Shown: positions 8,077-16,334 of the stretch, piece by piece
Position numbering within the stretch: the stretch's first letter is position 1
How the letters are laid out: each line of letters opens with the position of its first letter
Origin: Chlorobiota bacterium
GTDB lineage: Bacteria; Bacteroidota; Bacteroidia; Flavobacteriales; Flavobacteriaceae
Reading direction: 5' to 3'
Assembly (NCBI GenBank): GCA_013153655.1
Contig: JAADEB010000050.1
Span: forward strand, 1 to 37,461
Length of the DNA stretch: 37,461 nucleotides
Notes under the pieces: generated by a model
Databases searched by the model: none
Told to the model about the DNA's origin: nothing
Seen by the model: only the letters and a program-made list of their open reading frames with translations
Translations under genes and position numbers: made by a program

Positions 8077-8613
8077 ATGATAACGAAAAACACATATAAC
8101 AAAACACCCGGCGAATTGGCGGAAAAAATCCAACAAAAAGTAAGCCGTTACGGCTTGTTTAATCCCCGTTTGGAAATTTTCAAAAATCCGGTGCTTTCGC
8201 GCCGCATGGAAATCATAGCCGAAATCAACGGAGTGAAATTCATCAACGATTCGGCCGCAAGCAGCGTCAACGCCACCTATTACAGCCTCAACCGCCTCAA
8301 CGGAGAAGTGATTTGGATTGTGTGCAACGACCGTCCGGAAACCGCCTTCGAGGAATTGGCCACGGCCTTGGCCTTCAAAACCCGTCATATCATCGCCTGC
8401 GGAAAGGCCGCCGAGCGCTTGGAAAAACTCTTCGGCGCACGCATCCCCGTAACGCCCGCCCGCAACGCGGAACATGCCGTGAAATGGGCTTCGCGTATAG
8501 CCGTGGAAGGCGGTTATGTTTTGTTCTCACCGGCCTCACCCAACGACCGGTATGCCACGGAAAAACTTTCTTCCCGGTTTAAAAATGCCGTCAAAAAACT
8601 AAAAAATTCATGA
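8077..8613 (+). CDS. MurD C-terminal-domain-only protein (truncated/degenerate homolog of UDP-N-acetylmuramoylalanine--D-glutamate ligase; possible gene relic)
   Basis: The ATG at 8077 lies 3 nt after the mraY stop, and the TGA overlaps the ftsW ATG. The 178-aa product aligns by eye only to the last third of MurD ([18 protein letters not shown] vs [29 protein letters not shown] vs VLLSPACASLDQF). It has no N-terminal domain and no central P-loop domain. The track start at 8017 lies inside mraY. Confidence 0.75.
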   Translation: [178 protein letters not shown]

Positions 8614-9773
8614 TATCCTTTCCCGGACATATCACTCGCATGCAAAAATACGGTGACAAACCCCTGTTGGTTACCATTGCCATACTTACGGTCATTTCCT
8701 TTGCGGCCGCATTCAGTACCAGCAGCAACCTGGTCAATACCTACCGGCTGCACGACCCTTATTATTATTTGTTCAAACATTTTCTGTTGGTGGTAATCGC
8801 TTTGATTATATTTTTGGTTACCACGGCCGTTCCCTACCGGCTCTATCGCCGTTATGCTTATTTTATCATGGGGGGAACTTTGCTTTTATTGCTTTATACC
8901 GACCTCTTCGGTCAAGCCGCCGGCGGCGACGGGGCCCGCCGATGGATTCGTCTCGGCATTTTGAGCATCCAGCCGTCCATCATTGCCCTTACGGTCAGCC
9001 TGATTTTTACGGCCTCCTATTTGAGCCGCCAACAAAAACAGGAAACCCCTTTTAGCGAGGACCTGAAAAAATACTGGATATGGCTCTTCGCGCTCACGGG
9101 ATTGGTGGTCATCTACAACAACTCCACGGCCATCCTCATTTTCGGCCTTAATATGATTCTCCTTTTTCTGGGCGACTACGGATTCAAGAAAATTTTCTAT
9201 GCCATGGCCATGAGTCTGGTTTTGCTCATTGTTTATTTCCTGGCGGCCAAAGCTTTTCCGCAATATATCCCCAACCGTATCGATACGGCCGTCAAACGGG
9301 TAATGCGGTTCATGGACAAGGACGACAAGGACGAATTGGAGATACAGCCTCTTCGTGCCAAGATGGCCATCGCGTCGGGAAGGTTGTTTCGTTTCGCTCC
9401 CGGCAAGAGCGTTCAGAAAAACCTGCTTTCGCAATCTTCATCGGATTTTATCTATGCCATTTTGATTGAGGAATACGGCTTGGTGTTTGGCGGATTGGCG
9501 GTTTTGGCCTTGTACTTTATATTGGCGTTTCGCATCCTGGGAATTTCGCGAATGACGGAAAATTATTTCCGAAAAATTTTGGTCATTGCCGTGGGACTCC
9601 CCATTATTTTTCAAGCCTTGATCAACATGTCGGTGGCTTCGGGATTGATTCCCGTCACGGGTCAACCTTTACCCATCCTGAGTGCCGGCGGTACCACCCT
9701 TTTTATGACCGCCTTTGCCTTGGGTATTATCACTCATATCAGCATGCAAATACGAAAAGAACAACATGAATAA
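8610..9773 (+). CDS. ftsW: FtsW/RodA/SpoVE-family peptidoglycan glycosyltransferase (FtsW by position)
   Basis: The 387-aa multi-TM protein carries SEDS-family motifs (IQPSIIA, SDFIYAILIEEYGL, PVTGQPLPILSAGGT). It lies between the murD slot and murG. Confidence 0.9.
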   Translation: MISFPGHITRMQKYGDKPLLVTIAILTVISFAAAFSTSSNLVNTYRLHDPYYYLFKHFLLVVIALIIFLVTTAVPYRLYRRYAYFIMGGTLLLLLYTDLFGQAAGGDGARRWIRLGILSIQPSIIALTVSLIFTASYLSRQQKQETPFSEDLKKYWIWLFALTGLVVIYNNSTAILIFGLNMILLFLGDYGFKKIFYAMAMSLVLLIVYFLAAKAFPQYIPNRIDTAVKRVMRFMDKDDKDELEIQPLRAKMAIASGRLFRFAPGKSVQKNLLSQSSSDFIYAILIEEYGLVFGGLAVLALYFILAFRILGISRMTENYFRKILVIAVGLPIIFQALINMSVASGLIPVTGQPLPILSAGGTTLFMTAFALGIITHISMQIRKEQHE

Positions 9774-10869
9774 GAAGGTCGGCACATACAGCTTTTTGAT
9801 CAGCGGCGGCGGAACGGGCGGCCATATCTTTCCCGCCCTCAGCATTGCCCGCGAACTGGAAAAACAAACCGGTGGCGCACGTATTCATTTCGTTGGCGCT
9901 CGCGGCCGTATGGAGATGGAAAAAGTTCCCCAAGCCGGATACGAAATAACCGGCCTGCCCATTGCCGGCCTGCAACGCAAGAAATGGTGGAAAAACCTGG
10001 CCTTGCCTTTCAAGGTTATGGGAAGCCTGTGGGGTTCATACCGCTTGCTGAAACGTTTCTGTCCGGATGCGGTCATCGGCACGGGGGGATATGCTTCGCT
10101 TCCTTTGCTGTGGACTGCACAGCGCATGGGTATTCCCACTTATATTCAGGAACAAAATTCCTATCCCGGCATCAGCAACAAAATCCTGGGACGTAAGGCA
10201 CGCAAAATTTTTACCGCTTACGACGAAGCGGCGGCCTTTTTCGACAAAAACAAAATCGTCAAAACGGGCAATCCCGTGCGGGAAGATATCCGTGCGGAAC
10301 GTCAAGCTTCCCAAGAAGATTACAGCGGATTCGGTTTGCAGGCGGACAAACCCGTTATATTTATCACGGGCGGAAGCCTCGGGTCGGCGGCCATCAACCG
10401 GCGTATAGCAAAGTGGGTGGAGGAAGGCCTGCCGGAAAACCTGCAATTGCTTTGGCAAACCGGTAAACTTTACTACGATCGCTACCGTTCCCTGGAATCG
10501 GACAAAGTGCGCATCATGCCCTTTATTAAGGATATGAACAAGGCCTACACGGTGGCCGACATCATCGTGTCGCGTGCCGGAGCCGGAACCTTGTCGGAAT
10601 TGGCCTTGGTGGGCAAACCCGTCATACTGATTCCTTCGCCCAATGTGGCCGAGGATCATCAAACCAAGAACGCCCGTGCCTTCGAACGGCAACAGGCGGC
10701 CATTCTCTTGCCCGAAAAAGACTTGGAAGCGCTTCCCAAACGTATAGCGGAACTCATTGCCGACAAGGAGCTCCGTCAACGCTTGTCGGAGAATCTGGCC
10801 AAAGCGGCCAGGCCCGGCGCCACGGCCCGCATTGTGGAAACCATACTAAACGACCTGAAACAAGCATGA
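9766..10869 (+). CDS. murG: undecaprenyldiphospho-muramoylpentapeptide beta-N-acetylglucosaminyltransferase
   Basis: The ATG at 9766 gives MNKKVGTYSFLISGGGTGGHIFPALS (MurG G-loop) and overlaps the ftsW stop by 8 nt. The C-terminal motifs SRAGAGTLSELA and HQTKNA are present. The track start at 9715 is an upstream extension inside ftsW. Confidence 0.93.
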   Translation: MNKKVGTYSFLISGGGTGGHIFPALSIARELEKQTGGARIHFVGARGRMEMEKVPQAGYEITGLPIAGLQRKKWWKNLALPFKVMGSLWGSYRLLKRFCPDAVIGTGGYASLPLLWTAQRMGIPTYIQEQNSYPGISNKILGRKARKIFTAYDEAAAFFDKNKIVKTGNPVREDIRAERQASQEDYSGFGLQADKPVIFITGGSLGSAAINRRIAKWVEEGLPENLQLLWQTGKLYYDRYRSLESDKVRIMPFIKDMNKAYTVADIIVSRAGAGTLSELALVGKPVILIPSPNVAEDHQTKNARAFERQQAAILLPEKDLEALPKRIAELIADKELRQRLSENLAKAARPGATARIVETILNDLKQA

Positions 10870-11594
10870 AACAACGCCTGCAACATATCATGATTTTCAC
10901 GGCCGCCGCCATGCTGGTGTCGCTCATGGGTTGGAGTGCGCATACGGCCTGGAAGAAAGCCGTAAAAAAGGTGGGGCCGGAAGCGGAAATCGGTATTTTG
11001 CCTAAGGACAAACATTATATCCTGAAAAGAGATATTATGAATATTGTCCGGCAAACTTCCACTGCCGAAAAAGACAAAGACATACATGCTTACCTGAAAC
11101 ACCTGGAAAACAGGCTTGAAAATCATCCCCTCATCACCCGTGCGGATGTGTGGTTTACACCGGACGGAAAAATCCATATTCGCGCCTATCAAATCGAACC
11201 CATTGCGCTGGCCGAAACCTCCGGCGGATGGAAATACTTGACCCGCGAAGGAGAAATGGCACCCGTGTCGCCCTACCAAAAAACCGTTTTGCCTAAAATC
11301 AAGGGCGTGGGCGAAGCGGAAGAAATAAAAAAACTTTACCCGCTCATGGAATATATCTACACCCGTCCTTCCTTGCGAAATGCCGTCAAAAGCCTTCGTT
11401 ACGACGGCCGGAAATGGTGGCTTTATGCCTACACGCTGCCGGTGCCCGCCATCTTGGGCGACACCACCGGTTTCCGGGAAAAACTCTATAAATACCGTGT
11501 GATTTCATCCTATTTACACGCCCAAAAATCCTATCCCTATACGGGAATCGACCTTAGATACAAAAATCAAATCGTTTGTAGCAAAAACCTCTAA
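10866..11594 (+). CDS. ftsQ: cell division protein FtsQ (POTRA-domain, bitopic)
   Basis: The 242-aa product has a single N-terminal TM helix (IMIFTAAAMLVSLMGW). It lies immediately upstream of ftsA-ftsZ, and its ATG overlaps the murG TGA. Confidence 0.75.
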   Translation: MKQRLQHIMIFTAAAMLVSLMGWSAHTAWKKAVKKVGPEAEIGILPKDKHYILKRDIMNIVRQTSTAEKDKDIHAYLKHLENRLENHPLITRADVWFTPDGKIHIRAYQIEPIALAETSGGWKYLTREGEMAPVSPYQKTVLPKIKGVGEAEEIKKLYPLMEYIYTRPSLRNAVKSLRYDGRKWWLYAYTLPVPAILGDTTGFREKLYKYRVISSYLHAQKSYPYTGIDLRYKNQIVCSKNL

Positions 11595-11604
11595 ACCCAT
11601 CGCC

Positions 11605-13005
11605 ATGACAGAACAACAAGCGCCCATGCAGGAAAAGAAAAAACTCACCGTAGCCCTCGATGTGGGAACCACCAAAGTGGTGGCCGTGGCCGGCTACCTG
11701 GACGAGCACGGCAAAATCAAAGTGGCAGATTATGCCATTTTGCAAAATACGGGTATGGTCCAAGGGGAAATTTTCAATCTGATGGAAACTTCCCAAGCCA
11801 TCAAACACGTGATTAACGAACTCTCGGAAAAAATCCATCAGGATATCACCCATGTGACGGTGGGAATTTCCGGCGATCATATCCAAACCATTTATACCCG
11901 GGATTATATCATTCGCGACAATCCCGAAGAATTGATCATGGAAACGGATATCGAAAAACTCACCCAACGCGCCAGCCAATCCATCACCTTGGAAGACCAA
12001 GCCGAAATTCTGGAAATCATTCCGCAAGGTTATTTTATCGACAACAAATTGGTCAACGGGTCGCCCGTGGGTACCATCGGCAAGAGGTTCGAGGGATCAT
12101 TCCTCGTTATTCTGGGCAAAACCAAGAAAATCAGCAAATTGGCGCGAAGTATCAAAATGGCGGGACTGGAAATCGAAGATATTTTCCTGCAACCCATTGC
12201 CTCGGCACGGGCGGTATTGAAAAAACCGCAATGCAATTTGGGCGTGGTCTTGATTGACATCGGCGGCGGTACCACCGACATCCTGATTTGCAACAAGGGC
12301 GCCATTCGCTTTACGGGCATCATCCCTTCGGGCGGCGATTATCTTACCGAGGAAATCTACAAACATTTTCATATCGAACCCAAAACGGCCGAAAGCATCA
12401 AGCTTAAATACGGCTCCACCATGCTCAACTCCGAAGACCGCAAAAAAGTGTATCGCATCAATTTGGAATGGTCCATTCATCCTTTTGAATTCAAACTGGA
12501 AACCCTATCGAACCTGATACGGGTGAAACTGGACCTGATTGCTTCGCAAATTGAAAAATTCATTCAGGAATACCAAAGCTTTTTCCCCGGCGAAATCATT
12601 TCCCAAGGCATCGTGATTACGGGAGGCGGATCCCAATTGAAAAATATGGTGCAATACATGCAATACAAATTGGGAACGGATGTGTATTTGGGCAAACCGG
12701 GCATGCTGCTGGCTCCTTCCAAAACTTCGGAAAAATTGTCAAAACCCCAATTTTCCACCGTCATCGGATTGCTCCAAATGGCCTTGGAGAAAAACGATGC
12801 GGAAACCGCCCTTTTCGACCGGGAAAAACAGGAAAAACCTCAACGCAACAACTTTGTTCCCAAATCCGAAGTCCATGCGGAAACCTCCGGACCGGAAGAC
12901 AAGACGGAAGAAACCTCCTATGAAGAGGAAAGCAAAAAGAAAAGCATTTTCAGCATACTGAACAAAATTTTCGGCAAAACCATCGACGAAGCCAACAAAA
13001 ACTAA
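11605..13005 (+). CDS. ftsA: cell division protein FtsA
   Basis: The 466-aa product has the actin-fold motifs ALDVGTTKVVAV, IDIGGGTTDI and VITGGGSQL. A C-terminal amphipathic helix (KKKSIFSILNKIFGKTI) follows a disordered linker. Confidence 0.93.
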   Translation: MTEQQAPMQEKKKLTVALDVGTTKVVAVAGYLDEHGKIKVADYAILQNTGMVQGEIFNLMETSQAIKHVINELSEKIHQDITHVTVGISGDHIQTIYTRDYIIRDNPEELIMETDIEKLTQRASQSITLEDQAEILEIIPQGYFIDNKLVNGSPVGTIGKRFEGSFLVILGKTKKISKLARSIKMAGLEIEDIFLQPIASARAVLKKPQCNLGVVLIDIGGGTTDILICNKGAIRFTGIIPSGGDYLTEEIYKHFHIEPKTAESIKLKYGSTMLNSEDRKKVYRINLEWSIHPFEFKLETLSNLIRVKLDLIASQIEKFIQEYQSFFPGEIISQGIVITGGGSQLKNMVQYMQYKLGTDVYLGKPGMLLAPSKTSEKLSKPQFSTVIGLLQMALEKNDAETALFDREKQEKPQRNNFVPKSEVHAETSGPEDKTEETSYEEESKKKSIFSILNKIFGKTIDEANKN

Positions 13006-13010
13006 AAGCC

Positions 13011-14951
13011 ATGATCTCAGGAACCGACATCGTAACCTTCAAGGATTTGAAGACCCAAATTTCCAAGCTCATAAAAGTGATCGGCGTAGGCGGCGCCGGC
13101 ACCAATGCCGTGAACTACATGTTTTCCAAAGACCCTTTGGATCAAGTGGAATATATCGTCTGCAACACGGACGCACAGGCACTCAAAGCCAGCCCCGTTC
13201 CCCGTAAAATCCAAATCGGTAAGAGCCTGACCAAAGGCTTGGGGGCCGGCAGCAATCCCAGTATCGGCCAACAAGCGGCGGAAGAAGACATGAACGAAAT
13301 CCGCGACATGCTGTCGAAAAATACGAAGATGGTGTTTATCACAGCCGGGCTGGGCGGCGGAACCGGAACGGGTGCGGCTCCCGAAATCGCCAAGTTGGCC
13401 AACGAATTGGGATTGCTCACCGTGGCCGTGGTGACCAAACCTTTCGAATACGAAGGCGAACGCCGCAGAAAACAAGCGGAAAAAGGCTTGGAAAAGATCA
13501 AGAAATATGTGGATTCGCTCATTGTGATTAACAATGAAAAAATCATCGAAGTGTATGGCGATTTGGGCTGGAAAGAAGCCTTTTCCAAATCCGATGAAGT
13601 GCTGAGCAATGCCGTCAGGAGTGTTACCAAGGTGATTACCGACAATTACGAAATCAACGTGGACTTTAATGATGTGGAAGCCGTTCTGAAAAAAAGCGGT
13701 ACCGCCCTGATTGCTTCGGCCGAAGCCCAGGGAGCCAACCGTGCCACCGAGGTGGTCCGCAAAGTGCTGGATTCGCCGCTTTTGGAAGAAAACCACATCC
13801 AGGGCGCCAAAGACCTGCTCCTGCTTATCCTTTCCGGAGAAGACCAAATCACGGTAAACGAAATTTCCCGCATCAACAAAGACCTTAAAAAAGCCGCACA
13901 AAATCCCCAACTCAATATTATTCAAGGACTGGGCGAAGTGCCGTCGCTGGGAAATAAAATTTCCGTTACCATCATTGCCACCGGTTTCGAACAATCGGGT
14001 GAAAACAAGGAACAAACCCTCGAAGAAGACGGGAAAATTATCGTAGTTACCTCGCCGGATCAACCCGTGATCATCGATATGCCGGAACAGGATTTCGATG
14101 AAGCGGACGAAGATTTGGCGACGGAACAACCTGCCGGAGAACGGGAACAACCGGAGACCGGCAAAGAACAAGAAGAAACCGTCACCGCCACTTCCGAGGA
14201 CGCTCCGGACGACGTAGAAAAAGAATGGACCTTGTTCTATAACGAACAAAAGAATGCCTCACCCGTTATGACGAATGAGGAAGCCGGCTCCTCACAACCC
14301 GGCGAAAAAAGCAACACGGCGGCCGAAGAAAAAGAGGAATCCCCCGCGGCATCTCCCGCAAGCGTAGCCCATGACCCGGCGGATACCGAAAACGATGCCA
14401 CACTCCCTACCCAACCCGAATGGGACCATATCGAAGACCAAGCCGATCCCGTGGATAATATGGAAAAAACCTCCGTGGTACAACCCGGCCTCTTCGACAA
14501 CCTGGAAGCCGCGGCAGAACACGGGAATGAAAACACCGGCCCGAAAGAAACCGCCTCTGAAAACGCTACGGCCGAAAACCAAAACGACCCGCTTCCCGGG
14601 AACGACCGGGAAGAAAAAATCCTGATCGAAGAAGAACTCACAGAATCCGCCGAAGACGATATGATGCACGACCTGATGCTCAAACGCATGCAATCCGATG
14701 CCACCGCCTCCGAACCCGTTTCGTCCGGAACGGCAAGCAAACCGGCCGAACCCCCCACCATGGAAAAAAGGCTTCACCGCACAGAAAACATCCTGGAAAA
14801 ACAACGTTTGAAAAAATTCATGTACAAATTCCAAAAAAACTTCGCCGGACCCGTCATTCCGGGACATAATAAACCCACGCAAATCAATCTTAATTCCCCT
14901 CGCCGTCCTTGGGACGAAGACGAAAGCTATTTGAACCAAAAATTCGATTAA
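13011..14951 (+). CDS. ftsZ: cell division GTPase FtsZ with about 260-aa acidic disordered linker
   Basis: The tubulin signature GGGTGTGAAP, the motifs VIGVGGAGTNAVN and NTDAQAL are present. The globular core ends near aa 325 and is followed by an E/D/P/T-rich low-complexity region and a conserved basic C-terminal segment. Confidence 0.95.
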   Translation: MISGTDIVTFKDLKTQISKLIKVIGVGGAGTNAVNYMFSKDPLDQVEYIVCNTDAQALKASPVPRKIQIGKSLTKGLGAGSNPSIGQQAAEEDMNEIRDMLSKNTKMVFITAGLGGGTGTGAAPEIAKLANELGLLTVAVVTKPFEYEGERRRKQAEKGLEKIKKYVDSLIVINNEKIIEVYGDLGWKEAFSKSDEVLSNAVRSVTKVITDNYEINVDFNDVEAVLKKSGTALIASAEAQGANRATEVVRKVLDSPLLEENHIQGAKDLLLLILSGEDQITVNEISRINKDLKKAAQNPQLNIIQGLGEVPSLGNKISVTIIATGFEQSGENKEQTLEEDGKIIVVTSPDQPVIIDMPEQDFDEADEDLATEQPAGEREQPETGKEQEETVTATSEDAPDDVEKEWTLFYNEQKNASPVMTNEEAGSSQPGEKSNTAAEEKEESPAASPASVAHDPADTENDATLPTQPEWDHIEDQADPVDNMEKTSVVQPGLFDNLEAAAEHGNENTGPKETASENATAENQNDPLPGNDREEKILIEEELTESAEDDMMHDLMLKRMQSDATASEPVSSGTASKPAEPPTMEKRLHRTENILEKQRLKKFMYKFQKNFAGPVIPGHNKPTQINLNSPRRPWDEDESYLNQKFD

Positions 14952-14972
14952 CTTGCAAAAAAAAGATGCCCT

Positions 14973-15422
14973 ATGACACTGGAACAAAAAGTAATGCAAG
15001 CCCTCAAAGAGGCCATGAAAGAAAAAAATAAGGACAAACTGGACGCTTTGCGCGCCATCAAATCGGCTATTTTGCTGGAAAAAACCAAAGGAAGCTCCAA
15101 AGAACTCAGCGAAGCCGACGAACTGAAATTGCTTCAAAAACTGGTGAAACAACGCAAGGAAAGTGCCGATATATACCTCCAACAAAACCGCAAGGATTTG
15201 GCCGAAACCGAATTAAACCAAATCAAAGTCATCGAACAATTCCTGCCCGAACAAATGAGCGAAGAAGAAATCGAAGCCGAAGTACGAAAAATCATCGAGC
15301 AAACCGGTGCCTCGTCCATGCGCGACATGGGTAAAGTGATGGGTATTGCTTCCAAAGCCATGGCCGGCCGCGCCGACGGAAAAACCATTTCGGGAATTGT
15401 CAAAAAGCTATTGACATCATAA
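14973..15422 (+). CDS. GatB/YqeY domain-containing protein
   Basis: The 149-aa product reads MTLEQKVMQALKEAMKEKNKDKLDALRAIKSAIL...DMGKVMGIASKAMAGRADGKTISGIVKKLL, the typical YqeY pattern. Confidence 0.85.
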   Translation: MTLEQKVMQALKEAMKEKNKDKLDALRAIKSAILLEKTKGSSKELSEADELKLLQKLVKQRKESADIYLQQNRKDLAETELNQIKVIEQFLPEQMSEEEIEAEVRKIIEQTGASSMRDMGKVMGIASKAMAGRADGKTISGIVKKLLTS

Positions 15423-15492
15423 TTGATAAATCTCTCGGATACATTTTAATGCTTTTTGAATTCCTAAATGCAAGTTTATGGAATAAAATTTG

Positions 15493-15500
15493 TATATTTG
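15493..15500 (+). promoter_or_regulatory. Bacteroidota-type -7 box (TAnnTTTG)
   Basis: TATATTTG lies 18 nt upstream of the ATG at 15518. Confidence 0.4.
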
Positions 15501-15517
15501 TAATAAATTCATTTGAG

Positions 15518-15754
15518 ATGAAGTTTAACTTCTATAAATTCATTTCATTTCTTACTTCTTTATTAGACATGTTTTCTGGTAAATATGAAACCCGAAATCC
15601 AGCCATACAATCACTAAAAAAAGACATTCTTTTTCCTCAAACACCCGGTAACTTTTATCTTGATAAACAAAACTTATCTATGGATATATTTAATATCCTC
15701 GGCGATTTAAAAAAAAGTTTTGAAGATTATAAAAATAAAAACATAAAAAGTTGA
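15518..15754 (+). CDS. hypothetical small protein (78 aa) in AT-rich islet
   Basis: The product is MKFNFYKFISFLTSLLDMFSGKYETRNPAIQSLKKDILFPQTPGNFYLDKQNL..., with no motif I recognise. An alternative ATG at 15449 (track start) would place the -7 box inside the gene. The stop overlaps the TTG start of the next ORF (TTGA). Confidence 0.35.
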   Translation: MKFNFYKFISFLTSLLDMFSGKYETRNPAIQSLKKDILFPQTPGNFYLDKQNLSMDIFNILGDLKKSFEDYKNKNIKS

Positions 15755-16173
15755 CAAAAAGGAAACGTCAGACAAAGGCTGTTCAAGAAGGCAAAAGAGT
15801 AGGTTTACAAATTCATGAAGAATACGATGATAGTTTGTTGCCTGCTCCCGAAGAATTAAAAAAATATAAAGAACTTGACCCCAACATAATTGAGTGGATA
15901 AAAACACGTGCTCAAAAAGAACAGGAATTTCGTCATCATTTTCAAAATGAACGTTTGCGATTGACAGAAAAGCAAATAGAGAATGAGGCATATATCAACA
16001 AATGGGGACTTATTTTTGCCTTTCTTATTATGCTGATTTCCATACCCACCTCGGCATACCTAATCCTTTCCGGAATGACCATTGCCGGGAGTATTTTGGG
16101 AGGTGTTGTATTAAGCGGAGTGGTTATTGCTTTTCTACAAAAAGTAAATGGATCCAATAAGTCGGGGTTGTAG
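15751..16173 (+). CDS. DUF2335-like predicted membrane protein
   Basis: The 140-aa product has a basic N-terminus. LPAPEELKKYKELDPNIIEWIKTRAQKEQEFRHHFQNERL resembles the DUF2335 signature (PPPEELxxYexxxPgxxxxIxxmaexEqxhRh). Two C-terminal TM helices follow (WGLIFAFLIMLISIPTSAYLIL, IAGSILGGVVLSGVVIAFL). Only a TTG start is available. Confidence 0.55.
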   Translation: MTKRKRQTKAVQEGKRVGLQIHEEYDDSLLPAPEELKKYKELDPNIIEWIKTRAQKEQEFRHHFQNERLRLTEKQIENEAYINKWGLIFAFLIMLISIPTSAYLILSGMTIAGSILGGVVLSGVVIAFLQKVNGSNKSGL

Positions 16174-16190
16174 GCTTTATAAAGTATTTA

Positions 16191-16198
16191 TATCTTTG
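16191..16198 (+). promoter_or_regulatory. candidate -7 box for tRNA-Arg
   Basis: TATCTTTG matches TAnnTTTG, and a TTG lies at 16168-16170 (20-nt spacer). It is about 60 nt upstream of the tRNA 5' end. Confidence 0.35.
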
Positions 16199-16257
16199 CA
16201 GATGTAAAAATACATAGGCTTCGTGAAGAAACATTGATTGTATCATTATTTACATTT

Positions 16258-16331
16258 GCCCGCGTAGCTCAACTGGATAGAGCATCTGACTTCGGATCAG
16301 AGGGTTGAGGGTTCGAGTCCTTCCGCGGGTA
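16258..16331 (+). tRNA. tRNA-Arg (anticodon UCG)
   Basis: Folded by hand. The acceptor stem is GCCCGCG/CGCGGGT (G1-U72 wobble), the D arm GCTC-AACTGGATA-GAGC, the anticodon arm TCTGA-CTTCGGA-TCAGA (anticodon TCG, G37), the variable loop GGGTT, and the T arm GAGGG-TTCGAGT-CCTTC. The discriminator is A. CCA is not encoded (the sequence continues CCT). Confidence 0.9.
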
Positions 16332-16334
16332 CCT

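Noticed and set aside
13017-15185. Long minus-strand ORFs (410, 297 and 174 aa and others) opposite ftsZ and yqeY
   Set aside because: They lie antisense to FtsZ, whose GTPase motifs are unambiguous. The low-complexity acidic linker DNA naturally lacks stops in several frames.
15449-16173. The two islet ORFs as one frameshifted gene, or as a toxin-antitoxin pair
   Set aside because: The frames differ, and the TTGA overlap looks like ordinary translational coupling. Neither protein shows any toxin or antitoxin motif I recognise. It is kept as an unknown-function module rather than labelled TA or pseudogene.
16251-16258. TACATTTG match to the -7 box abutting the tRNA 5' end
   Set aside because: A promoter here would start transcription inside the mature tRNA. 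The upstream TATCTTTG at 16191-16198 is the more plausible promoter.
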